DNA of 26,406 nucleotides from Bacteroidales bacterium (GCA_003560215.1 PWIY01000395.1:1-26406), one strand, 5' to 3'. Numbered from the stretch's first letter, positions 14,771 to 23,481 are shown. Made by a program: numbers and translations. Notes: generated from the sequence alone by a model not told the origin.

Positions 14771-17635
14771 TTAAATCCTTATGGTTAATTCTCCGCTGAA
14801 ATAAAGACTCTGGTTTCTCCTGGTATAATTGTCAACCCTTCCCCCAATTCGTTGCAAGGGTCGGTAGTAAGTCACATTATTCACATTAAAGGAAATGGTG
14901 GCGGCCCTGGACAACTCCTTGGTCAACCGCATATTTACCTGAAATGCAGGCTTATACCTCATGGGAACAAAGTGGTAATTGTTGCTGTGAAACCTTACCA
15001 GGTCTGCATAGGGCCTTATGTCAGCATACTCTGGACGCCACGGCTTGATATTGCCGCTCAGATCCATCACAGCAATCGGGTGATAGTATTTTCGCTGACT
15101 AACGTCGCCATACACATCATCTGTTGGCTCCAGGGTGTAGACAATGGGGTTTCCATCCGCATCCTCGTGGGTGTTCTGTACCCTCTCAACCCAGATGGCC
15201 TGAAGGTTTAGTGACACGACCATTGCAAGAGGCTGTATCTGAGTTACTGTTCTTAAATTGCTGACAAAACGCTGGTTAATACGACCCCCATGTCCGGCAG
15301 GATAAAGCCCGACTACCTGGTCGGAGACACTGGTTACTGTGGAAAAGTAGTCTTTTGTGGATCTGCGATGCTGGTGCATATATGCCCCACTCAAAAGAAA
15401 ACTGGTGTAAAGAGATTCAACCCGGCCAAAATCAAGCTCAAATTCCAGCCCGTACTTGGTCATTTCTTCCGTATTGTCCGGGTATGAATAAGACCGGAGC
15501 AGGGTATCCGGATGTGAAGGCACAATGACCGTCTCTCCCGTTTCGGGATTCTGGTAGGTGACCCCAACTCCAGGGACGAACTCAGGGCGCGCATTGGGAA
15601 TAGTCAATCGTTCATACCGGTTAAAAACCGCCGGATAATAATTCCTGTGTAAGCCAAATCCATCTGTTTGTTTTTCATAGTAACCCGTCAGCTGCACGTC
15701 CACACGTCCCACTTTGATATCCAGTCCTGCTTCATATTTTTTGTTTTGTGCCGGACGCAGATCATAGTTTCGGGTATCTTCAATGACGATGGTATTGACA
15801 ACTGCAAGAGCATGGGGCGGATCATAATAATTAAAGCTGAGAAAATCCCGGTAGGACTTGTCAGGATACAAATGTGAAATGGTAGGCGTCATGGACAATA
15901 TGCCAAATCCCAATCTGAATCCAAGGTCACTGACAAGCTGCTCCCGGTTTCGTAGGATGCGATACCTTGCGTTGAAACGGGGATCCAGCGTGGTAAGATC
16001 CTCCGAAGAAGAAAATGGCCCGTCTGGCTGAATGTTGTTAAACCTTACACCGGCATGTAATTCGAACTCTGTGCCTCCCAATGGCAGTGTTAGTTCTTCG
16101 GCAATATATAAGGCCAGGCGATTCAAGGCAGGAATGTCATAAAAAGGACGGGGACGAATACCGGCAGAACTGGTGGGATCCGGGGGCCTGGTACGGTCAA
16201 AGATGCTGCCCTGCCCCTCATTGCCGCTTAACCGGTAATCAACCCCTGCACGGACTGTATGTTCAGTGGGTCCGATTTCAAATGTCCGGGTACCGGAAAG
16301 GCTGGCATTCAAATAATAAGGTCTGCCGTCTATGGTCACATCAGAATAATACCTGGGATTCAGAAAAAGGGCCTCAAACTCACCTGGTTCTGTGTTGACC
16401 GCCAGGGTACTTACCCCGGAAAAGGAGCGGAACCTTATTTCCTGATTTTTCTGCCGCTGGATACTACCTGAAAGGTTCAGGTTTAAGTTGGTAAGAACTG
16501 CAGAATTCAGCGCCCACCTTCCCGACATGGTCATATTTAAACTTCTGTCGTGGGAAAGAAAGGATTCTTCACGAAGATGATCCGGATCGTGGCCGCTCAG
16601 GCTGCGGCTGTCTGAATACCGGGTGGAAAAAGAAAAGGTAAGCGGCTTGCTTTGCTGAAAAAAAACATTGTTGTATGAAAGGTTTCCGTTGATGCGGTTA
16701 TAGGATCGATACGGGGTGCGGATATCGGTATGGTTTTGCAAAAAGTCCGCATTGATGTTGAGGGTTCCCCCCACAAAACCAGTCAGGTTAAAACCTTTTC
16801 CGATAGAGGCCTGCTTGATATTCGGATCTGCCTTAACCCGTGTAGTCAAAGGGGTACTGCCCCTGATGGTATTGATACGAACCACCCCGGTCAGGACATC
16901 CCCTTCTTCCACCCCCGGAATCCCCTGCACGACTTCGATTGATTCGATATTGTCTACAGAAAACTGCCGCATATCGACACCCTGCATCGCGGTTGACTGA
17001 AAAGACCCGGTTCCGGTAGCTGTACTAAGCATCTGCATATTCGCAATATTGGAAGCCGGTGCCCCATCTACTACAAGTCCGGTACCCAAACTGGCCATCG
17101 GCCTTTGGGTTGAAGGCCCGGCTGCCCCAACTATCTCCCTGATCCCAAGTTGACTGACGCCGGAGAGATCGGGGTTCATTGCGAGCTGACCGGGCAATAG
17201 CTGCATCAGCTCAGTCACATCCGATGCCTGAAGATGTTCAATGGCAGACCTTCCGATCACCGATGAGGTGGCAATTCCCGAGCCCCGCCTTGCCACAACC
17301 TCCACCTCACCAAGCGCAAGTGAAGTTGGGGTCAGTCCAATATCCAGGGTGGTTTCCTCGGTAACATCCACCTCAGTTTTTTTGGTATTGTAACCCAAAC
17401 ACCTTGCCAATACCACGTGTTTTCCGGCTGGTACGTTCTTGAGAACAAAATTACCCTCCAGACTGGTTACTGTCCATAAATTCAACTCCTCAATACCGAC
17501 AGCGACCATCGGCATGGGTTGATCATTCTCGGTATCCGTTACCTTGCCACTTACAGAAAACCTTTGTTGCTGCGAAAAAGCGGTTAATGCAACTAAACAA
17601 TTGAGCAACAAAAGAAAAATTAACTTTCTCAACAC
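14771..17635 (-). CDS. TonB-dependent receptor with N-terminal CarboxypepD_reg-like domain
   Basis: GTG start and signal peptide (AFS|QQQ). Motifs VSGKVTD...LGY, TonB-box region LGEVEVVA, plug DNIESIEVVQG...GVVRINT, and barrel LRPAQNKKYEAGLD. No SusD-type gene follows. Confidence 0.95.
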   Translation of the reverse strand: MLRKLIFLLLLNCLVALTAFSQQQRFSVSGKVTDTENDQPMPMVAVGIEELNLWTVTSLEGNFVLKNVPAGKHVVLARCLGYNTKKTEVDVTEETTLDIGLTPTSLALGEVEVVARRGSGIATSSVIGRSAIEHLQASDVTELMQLLPGQLAMNPDLSGVSQLGIREIVGAAGPSTQRPMASLGTGLVVDGAPASNIANMQMLSTATGTGSFQSTAMQGVDMRQFSVDNIESIEVVQGIPGVEEGDVLTGVVRINTIRGSTPLTTRVKADPNIKQASIGKGFNLTGFVGGTLNINADFLQNHTDIRTPYRSYNRINGNLSYNNVFFQQSKPLTFSFSTRYSDSRSLSGHDPDHLREESFLSHDRSLNMTMSGRWALNSAVLTNLNLNLSGSIQRQKNQEIRFRSFSGVSTLAVNTEPGEFEALFLNPRYYSDVTIDGRPYYLNASLSGTRTFEIGPTEHTVRAGVDYRLSGNEGQGSIFDRTRPPDPTSSAGIRPRPFYDIPALNRLALYIAEELTLPLGGTEFELHAGVRFNNIQPDGPFSSSEDLTTLDPRFNARYRILRNREQLVSDLGFRLGFGILSMTPTISHLYPDKSYRDFLSFNYYDPPHALAVVNTIVIEDTRNYDLRPAQNKKYEAGLDIKVGRVDVQLTGYYEKQTDGFGLHRNYYPAVFNRYERLTIPNARPEFVPGVGVTYQNPETGETVIVPSHPDTLLRSYSYPDNTEEMTKYGLEFELDFGRVESLYTSFLLSGAYMHQHRRSTKDYFSTVTSVSDQVVGLYPAGHGGRINQRFVSNLRTVTQIQPLAMVVSLNLQAIWVERVQNTHEDADGNPIVYTLEPTDDVYGDVSQRKYYHPIAVMDLSGNIKPWRPEYADIRPYADLVRFHSNNYHFVPMRYKPAFQVNMRLTKELSRAATISFNVNNVTYYRPLQRIGGRVDNYTRRNQSLYFSGELTIRI

Positions 17636-17695
17636 TTTAAAAGAATTATTGGGCAGTGAGCAATATTGTCATTGTTGGTAGCATAGTCCCTGTAT

Positions 17696-17703
17696 CAAAA
17701 ATA
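17696..17703 (-). promoter_or_regulatory. Candidate -7 promoter element (TATTTTTG) of the TBDR operon
   Basis: TAnnTTTG about 60 bp upstream of the GTG start, in the same TATTTTTGAT context as the M16 and S8 promoters. Confidence 0.5.
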
Positions 17704-17720
17704 CATCTTTTTTCCCACTT

Positions 17721-17754
17721 AATTAAGGTATTACGGTTGTCGAAGACCTTAATT
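17721..17754. promoter_or_regulatory. Palindromic operator-like site AATTAAGGT-N16-ACCTTAATT
   Basis: Perfect 9-bp inverted repeat over the expected -33 region of the TBDR promoter, flanked by direct repeats ccactt (17715-17720, 17755-17760). Confidence 0.45.
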
Positions 17755-17777
17755 CCACTTTTACATTTGCTGATCTC

Positions 17778-17807
17778 AAAAAATGGCAGATGCACGATGT
17801 TCTGCCA
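17778..17807 (-). terminator. Intrinsic terminator of the upstream ABC operon
   Basis: On -: TGGCAGA-10 nt-TCTGCCA followed by TTTTTT, about 95 bp after the stop at 17902. Confidence 0.65.
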
Positions 17808-17901
17808 GAAAAAAGAGCCTGAATCGGCTTAACTAAAATACCAGTCGCCCGCCTAATAGTCAAGCCTGAACCTACAGATTAACAATAAATTAACAGCCCC
17901 A

Positions 17902-19140
17902 CTACTCATAAAATTTGTTTGGGAAAACCTGGGTAGCAATAAACCCAAAAATTCCGGTAAACAAGATGATCAACAGATCGGGCAGCTGATGTTTTAGAGG
18001 TAGTTGCCTCCATTTTGACAAAACCAATGCCACTCCCCCCAATACAATGTGCAACAACATGAAAGCTATCCCTTTAGGCTGATACACATCCAGGGTAATG
18101 TACCTGCTGTCGGGGTTCAGGAAACTTACCTGAAATGGAAAAATCCAGGAAAAAAGAATATGGTCCCTTCGTTGATGGGGCGGTTCCCATGACTTGTGAA
18201 ACGTATCAACCAAATCATAATCATTGCAAACCACAAACACTTTTACCTGATCTTCCCCTATTACACCAATGGTTTTATGTAATAAGTCTGTCCGCACCCT
18301 TAACCTGTGTAGCGACCTGTCATATCCCTCAACTGGCAGTTCCTGAAGCCGGTAGTCATCCTGCATCAACAAGAACACCCTGTTGTCGTCAGTAAAAAGG
18401 TATGCAAAGAACTCCCTGGTAGCCAAATCCACACATTCAATGTGTATAACATCCATATCTTCCGGGATATCAATCCTGGCCACATAAGGGGCACCCCTGA
18501 CCATTTTCAGGTGATAGATATCTCCCCTGTTGTCTTTGATGAAATAACCGTCGTCCACATTTTTCCTATCGGTAGGCAAGCCGGCAATCAATCTGGCGGG
18601 GAATGAAAAACCACCCTCTTCAAGCGCCTGCTGAAACAATGCACTTTTTTCCTTGTCCACTTTATTGGTTGCCGCATCAATAAACTCAATCCGGTCATGC
18701 AGCCTGAAAAAATCTTCAGGGAGTTCCAGGTCAACGCGCCCGCTCTCAGACTCCAGCAGAGGCCACAATACCGGCCGTGGCTGACTCATGTCTACAGGAC
18801 GTATGGTGAAGTTTGCAGAGTGTTTGCTTAACATTGCATGGTCCATATAAACCCCATGAAGTGTATCAGGCATATCCCCTGATGTCAGGCGTTGACGAAA
18901 AAATAAAACAGGCAGCAGTTGTTCAAATTCATCCCGCGTGTATTGGTTCCCTTCACTGTCAGCCCGAACCAAAACCCCGTCCACTCGTTTGATCATCATA
19001 AAATCGTCCAACACCCTGCTGTATACCACATTGGGAACCGATGAAGCCTCCCTGAAAATGGTCCAGTACAAAGATGGAATTGTAACAGCCGCCGACAAAA
19101 TGCCAATGGCTACCAATATATATCTGCTTAATTTAACCAT
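17902..19140 (-). CDS. DUF4857-like membrane protein, paralog 2 (N-terminal TM, large periplasmic domain, two C-terminal TMs)
   Basis: 412 aa. Colinear with 20755..21993 (LLESxSGRV, EFI...VDKEKS, FPARLIAG, GYFIKDN, FPNKFY). The start overlaps the upstream stop by 8 bp. Confidence 0.75.
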   Translation of the reverse strand: MVKLSRYILVAIGILSAAVTIPSLYWTIFREASSVPNVVYSRVLDDFMMIKRVDGVLVRADSEGNQYTRDEFEQLLPVLFFRQRLTSGDMPDTLHGVYMDHAMLSKHSANFTIRPVDMSQPRPVLWPLLESESGRVDLELPEDFFRLHDRIEFIDAATNKVDKEKSALFQQALEEGGFSFPARLIAGLPTDRKNVDDGYFIKDNRGDIYHLKMVRGAPYVARIDIPEDMDVIHIECVDLATREFFAYLFTDDNRVFLLMQDDYRLQELPVEGYDRSLHRLRVRTDLLHKTIGVIGEDQVKVFVVCNDYDLVDTFHKSWEPPHQRRDHILFSWIFPFQVSFLNPDSRYITLDVYQPKGIAFMLLHIVLGGVALVLSKWRQLPLKHQLPDLLIILFTGIFGFIATQVFPNKFYE

Positions 19141-19810
19141 GATGCATCTCTCCTTTTCTAAACCTGTATCCGGAAAACAACACCAAAATAACCGTTAGCA
19201 CGGCTGTCAATGAAAAAAACCACAGCATATTGGAGTATGCCATCGGGACCGCCTGAATGTAAAAACGGGAAACAAATCCGTATGCTATAACCGCATAAAG
19301 AACCCGGTAAAGCCAGAGCGGTTCAAGCATAATCAGACCAACAAGCGAATAGGCTGCCAGCCCGCCCAGGAACCATGGCATGATGGTTACCAGTATCATA
19401 TTGATCACCTCTGATGGAAAAAAGATGGCACTACCAATAAAAAAAACAGCCAGATAAATCAGGAATAAAACAATCAGGGCAGCCAGGCCAAACCCTTGCT
19501 GCATTAGCAAGACCTTATTCTCCCTGATGGGGAGATGAAAAGTCAGTTTGATCCTTTGGTTTAATACTTCCGGAAAATACTGTGCAATGGCCAGGCCCAA
19601 CCCGGCAAACAAGGGAATGTATTTCAGGGAAGCAGCATAGTTCGATCCCTGAATGATTATCCGGTACCAGTAGTCATGTGCATCCATAAAGCGGACCCCA
19701 TACCTTACATTCAGAAAAATATTCACCAGGGCAAAAACACCCAATAACAAAAAAATCATAAGTGCCCAGCGTATTTTCAACCACTCTTTGTAAAAAATTG
19801 CTTTATACAT
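19133..19810 (-). CDS. Polytopic inner-membrane protein, probable ABC permease subunit
   Basis: About six hydrophobic helices, ABC-2-like start MYKAIFYKEWLKIR, and LAIAQYFPEV...RIKLTFHLP. Directly follows the ABC ATPase. Confidence 0.75.
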   Translation of the reverse strand: MYKAIFYKEWLKIRWALMIFLLLGVFALVNIFLNVRYGVRFMDAHDYWYRIIIQGSNYAASLKYIPLFAGLGLAIAQYFPEVLNQRIKLTFHLPIRENKVLLMQQGFGLAALIVLFLIYLAVFFIGSAIFFPSEVINMILVTIMPWFLGGLAAYSLVGLIMLEPLWLYRVLYAVIAYGFVSRFYIQAVPMAYSNMLWFFSLTAVLTVILVLFSGYRFRKGEMHHG

Positions 19811-19832
19811 TGCAAAATAAGTTTTCTAAAGG

Positions 19833-20717
19833 TTAATACTTACCTGTCAGACCAATGAATGCATCTTCAAGGTTCATGTTTATTTCTTCAATGCTTTTAA
19901 ATGGAATACCTTCTCTGTTAAGATAACCTTCGACCTCTTTCCTTTCAGCATAGGTATAGAAGGAGACTTTGGCACGAATCTGTTCAACGTTAACAGAAAG
20001 ACCATTTTTAGGGAAAGGAATATCCGGGTTATCAAGAATTATATTGTATTGGCGAAACTTCGTCATAAACTCATCCACTGGTTGTTGTGCAAGGATTCGG
20101 TTATAATCCATAATCAGCAGATCATCAATCAACCGTTCCATGTCCTGGATAATATGTGAAGTAACAAACACGGTTTTGTTATTAGCCTTGGCGTACTCCC
20201 TCAGGTAATCGATAAACAACCGACGATATCCGGGATCCAGCCCCATTGAAAAGTCATCAAGTACCAACAGCTGGGGATCCTGGGCGAGGATCAGACCCAG
20301 CGCCACCTGAGAACGTTGTCCGCAAGACATGCGGGAAATTTTCTGATTGGGGGTAACCTGCAACTTCGACAACAACTCCCAGTAGGGTTCGCTATTCCAA
20401 CGCTTATAACAACCCGAATAAAATTTCTCAATTTGGTGAACATTCATAAAAGCGTACTGAACATGGCCTTCGATCAGAAATCCGATTTTTTCCTTGGTAG
20501 CCGGTGTCAGGTGCTTGGAATCTTCACCATAAATCAGGCACTCTCCTGCATAGGGATGCAGGAATCCATTCATGATGTTGATGGTGGTTGATTTTCCGGC
20601 CCCGTTTTTACCAAGCAATCCGAGAATTTTTCCTTCCTCCACTTTAAAGTTTAGGTTTTCGTATACCAACTTTTTTCCGTAGTAGTGGGTGAGGTTGTTA
20701 CATTCAATAGCATACAT
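19833..20717 (-). CDS. ABC transporter ATP-binding protein (exporter/ABC-2-like) with atypical signature and Walker B
   Basis: Walker A GKNGAGKST, signature MSCGQ, Walker B LLVLDDFSMGLD, H-loop VTSH, and C-terminal NLEDAFIGLT. Confidence 0.95.
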   Translation of the reverse strand: MYAIECNNLTHYYGKKLVYENLNFKVEEGKILGLLGKNGAGKSTTINIMNGFLHPYAGECLIYGEDSKHLTPATKEKIGFLIEGHVQYAFMNVHQIEKFYSGCYKRWNSEPYWELLSKLQVTPNQKISRMSCGQRSQVALGLILAQDPQLLVLDDFSMGLDPGYRRLFIDYLREYAKANNKTVFVTSHIIQDMERLIDDLLIMDYNRILAQQPVDEFMTKFRQYNIILDNPDIPFPKNGLSVNVEQIRAKVSFYTYAERKEVEGYLNREGIPFKSIEEINMNLEDAFIGLTGKY

Positions 20718-20754
20718 ATTGTCTACCTGTTTTTAAGTGATACGCGATGTTTGA

Positions 20755-21993
20755 TTAATCGTAAAATTTGTTTGGAAATACCCTGACAGCTATAAAACCA
20801 AAAATACCGGTAAGTAACACCAATGCCAGGTCTATACTGTTTTTCCTTAAGCTGCTGTTTCTTCGCTTCAGTAAATATATCAGCAAACCAGCCAATAAAA
20901 GGTGGAGCACCAGCCATCCAAACCCATGGGCAAAGGAGAAATACATACCCACATATCTTGAGTCCGGTGCTTCCATTGACACCTCAAAAGGAAACAGCCA
21001 TGAGAACAATTGATAGTCACTTCTTTTTTGCCTTGGTTCCCAGGTTGTTTCATATGTATCAACCACCTGATAAGCATCATCAATCCGGGTTACCTTTAAA
21101 GAGTGGTCACCTATCACACTTATGGTTTTCCCAAACATATCGTGCCTGACACGCAAGCGGTCTGTATGGCGATTAAAGCCCCCGACCGGTAGTTCCTGTA
21201 AATAATAGGCACCCTCCAAAAGAATGTATACCTCATTGTCATCTGTATAGAGATAAGCATAAAGCTCTTCAGTCCGCATATCCACGCACTCAATATGAAC
21301 AATATTCAAGTGGTCAGGAACGCTGATATGCCTGACATAGGGTTTCCCCCTGACCTTTTTAAGGTGAAAAAGGTCACCCGAGTTATCTTTTATGAAATAA
21401 CCTTCGTCCCGGCTTTTCATTACCGTTGGAATTCCTGCAATCAAACGGGCCGGGAACTGAAAGCCGGCGTCCACCAATGCATCATTAAACCGGATGCTTT
21501 TCTCTTTGTCGACCGTATTGGTTTCTGCAACAATAAATTCAATCCGGTTATTTAACCTGAATACATCTTCGGGCAAGGTAAGGTTGACACGCCCACTCTG
21601 TGACTCAAGCAAAGGCAAAAGAACAGGTTTTGGGGTGTTGATATTCCTGGGCATAAACGTGTAGGTACTCCGGTGTTTACTGATCGTGGCGTGATCTGCA
21701 GGAACTCCGCGAATGCTGTCGGGCATATTTCCGTCTGCGGACAGCTGGCGGAAAAACAAAAGCGGAAGCAGTTCCTCCACTTCATCAGCGGTATAGGAAT
21801 TTCCTGCCGGATCAAGCCGCTCTGTCCCATCTTCTGCAGACCTTACAATAATAAAATCATCAATAACCTGGCTATACATTACGTTGGGGGTCCGGAACCC
21901 CTCCCTGAAAACCGTCCAGAACTGATCCGGCAATACAATTGATAGCACCAAAACCCCGATCAGTACCAAAATGTACCTGCTCGTTTTAACCAT
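20755..21993 (-). CDS. DUF4857-like membrane protein, paralog 1
   Basis: 412 aa with the same topology as 17902..19140 and ungapped colinearity where checked (27 of the first 50 residues identical, counted by eye). Confidence 0.75.
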   Translation of the reverse strand: MVKTSRYILVLIGVLVLSIVLPDQFWTVFREGFRTPNVMYSQVIDDFIIVRSAEDGTERLDPAGNSYTADEVEELLPLLFFRQLSADGNMPDSIRGVPADHATISKHRSTYTFMPRNINTPKPVLLPLLESQSGRVNLTLPEDVFRLNNRIEFIVAETNTVDKEKSIRFNDALVDAGFQFPARLIAGIPTVMKSRDEGYFIKDNSGDLFHLKKVRGKPYVRHISVPDHLNIVHIECVDMRTEELYAYLYTDDNEVYILLEGAYYLQELPVGGFNRHTDRLRVRHDMFGKTISVIGDHSLKVTRIDDAYQVVDTYETTWEPRQKRSDYQLFSWLFPFEVSMEAPDSRYVGMYFSFAHGFGWLVLHLLLAGLLIYLLKRRNSSLRKNSIDLALVLLTGIFGFIAVRVFPNKFYD

Positions 21994-22023
21994 AGTAAAT
22001 CTTTAAAAAATGAATAATTCCTT

Positions 22024-22596
22024 TTAATTAAGATGACCGGAAACACTGACACCCGGCATTCCGATTTGGTCCAATCTTTCCTGTCTCGGGCATTCCACCC
22101 GGTTACACTGTTCACATTGCTTTTCAAGCTGCATAATCTCTTTGAACAGAGAAGCCAGCAAGGTGATCTGTTCCTCAGAACAAACACTCCTGACATGCTG
22201 AAAATATTCTACAGTAAGGTTTTTCAGGTTGGTATGCATCGTACCGATACGACGGGTCATCCGATCCAGCTGTACCTCATCAGGTTCCTGACTGGCAAGT
22301 TCTTCAAGCAAACTGATATTTGCATCGCACAACAAGTCAAGGGTATAATTGTATCGCCTGAAAGTACGATCGCTTAGCTGCACCACCTCATGGTACTGCT
22401 CATCAGTCAGGTCGAGTTGTTCCCTCAAAAACCTCAGGGAGCGGATATCCCTTGCCTGCTCCGTTTCGTCTCCGTCAAAAAAAATTATAAATAGAATGGT
22501 GGCAAAGGCTGCTAAATTAACCACCAGCAAAACCAGGTTCAACCATCGAATGAATCGCGCATATCTTGTCATGAGCATAATCTTTTGCAGCTTCAA
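22024..22596 (-). CDS. Membrane-anchored periplasmic Spy/CpxP/CnrX-like (heavy-metal sensor type) helical protein
   Basis: N-terminal TM helix, LREQLDLTDEQ, EPDEVQLDRMTRRIGTMH, VCSEEQ...LF, and a C-terminal CxxCxxxxC. Confidence 0.7.
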   Translation of the reverse strand: MKLQKIMLMTRYARFIRWLNLVLLVVNLAAFATILFIIFFDGDETEQARDIRSLRFLREQLDLTDEQYHEVVQLSDRTFRRYNYTLDLLCDANISLLEELASQEPDEVQLDRMTRRIGTMHTNLKNLTVEYFQHVRSVCSEEQITLLASLFKEIMQLEKQCEQCNRVECPRQERLDQIGMPGVSVSGHLN

Positions 22597-22621
22597 AAAA
22601 AGTTGAAATAATGAAGCTTAA

Positions 22622-23047
22622 TCAGTCAATAAGCCAACCCTTTTCCGCCAAAAACGCATCGGCCTCCTCTCTGGTTTGGAAAACCTCTGTGGGGTCTTTT
22701 TCCCACCAGGTATCCCCGTAACCAACAGCCATCGCTGAACAACCCTCAACCTGACCAAGGGTAACAGACTCCATCGCCCGGAGCCGGATCTGCTCCTCAG
22801 CTACCACCACAATACGGGCCCTGAGTGAGCGCCCTACAGTGCTGCCATCCGGCAGGGCAAAAACAGCAATTCCATAGCAATACTCGCCACGTTGAACCCA
22901 GTCCGGAAAATCTTTGTCATCAGCAAGGTCCGGTTTTGCTTCAGTGACAATCGGGCCCTCATCCATACATCGTATACCTTCGCCTTCATTGGACAAAAGC
23001 AACATTTGAAAAGATAACATAAGCGAAACACCTAACACGAAGTTCAT
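22622..23047 (-). CDS. Hypothetical exported protein
   Basis: Open frame with a hydrophobic N-terminus from ATG 23047 (the ORF track starts at TTG 23098). Cooriented within the operon, with a protein-like C-terminus (DTWWEKD...FQTREEADAFLAEKG). No family recognised. Confidence 0.65.
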   Translation of the reverse strand: MNFVLGVSLMLSFQMLLLSNEGEGIRCMDEGPIVTEAKPDLADDKDFPDWVQRGEYCYGIAVFALPDGSTVGRSLRARIVVVAEEQIRLRAMESVTLGQVEGCSAMAVGYGDTWWEKDPTEVFQTREEADAFLAEKGWLID

Positions 23048-23098
23048 TTTTTTTGGGTTTAGATTTATTAATATTTTCTTCAATGCATATTCAGGCAA

Positions 23099-23407
23099 TC
23101 AGGTTCCGTTGTAGTAGCAGGTTTCTTCTACTCCTGATGAAAGATTGTGAATCTTCTGAAACTCTTGAATTGACTGACTGCTGCGGCTGATCGAACCTCC
23201 GCCATTATTATAACCGGTCCCCAACCATATGCCAAAACCCGCGCTGATCAGCAGAACAGCAGCTATGCCGGCCATCCGGAAATGGTGGCCCAGGCGACTG
23301 ACAGGGGAAATATTTTCCTGATTAATCTTTGCCAGGATCCTGTCAGCGAAGTCTGCAGGAGCCCGTAAGTTTTCTTCAGGTGGGCTCTGGGGACGATTGA
23401 ATTCCAT
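23099..23407 (-). CDS. Probable single-pass anti-sigma factor
   Basis: Short cytoplasmic helix (APADFADRILAKI), one TM helix (IAAVLLISAGFGIWLG) and a short periplasmic tail. Immediately downstream of the ECF sigma gene. Confidence 0.6.
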   Translation of the reverse strand: MEFNRPQSPPEENLRAPADFADRILAKINQENISPVSRLGHHFRMAGIAAVLLISAGFGIWLGTGYNNGGGSISRSSQSIQEFQKIHNLSSGVEETCYYNGT

Positions 23408-23481
23408 GTTTCACGAGGGTTTGATTGCCGATTATCTAACCTGTAATATTAAAGACAATTTAAATGAGGAAAACTTGCGGT

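Noticed and set aside
17636-17901. Cobalamin or TPP riboswitch upstream of the TBDR
   Set aside because: I read both strands and found none of the conserved cores (B12-box, GCAACTGT, CTGAGA-type motifs).
23048-23098. ORF-track N-terminal extensions (TTG 23098, TTG 11093, GTG 5565, GTG 25503) as true starts
   Set aside because: Downstream ATGs give better N-termini for the first two; the last two are internal codons of disrupted genes.
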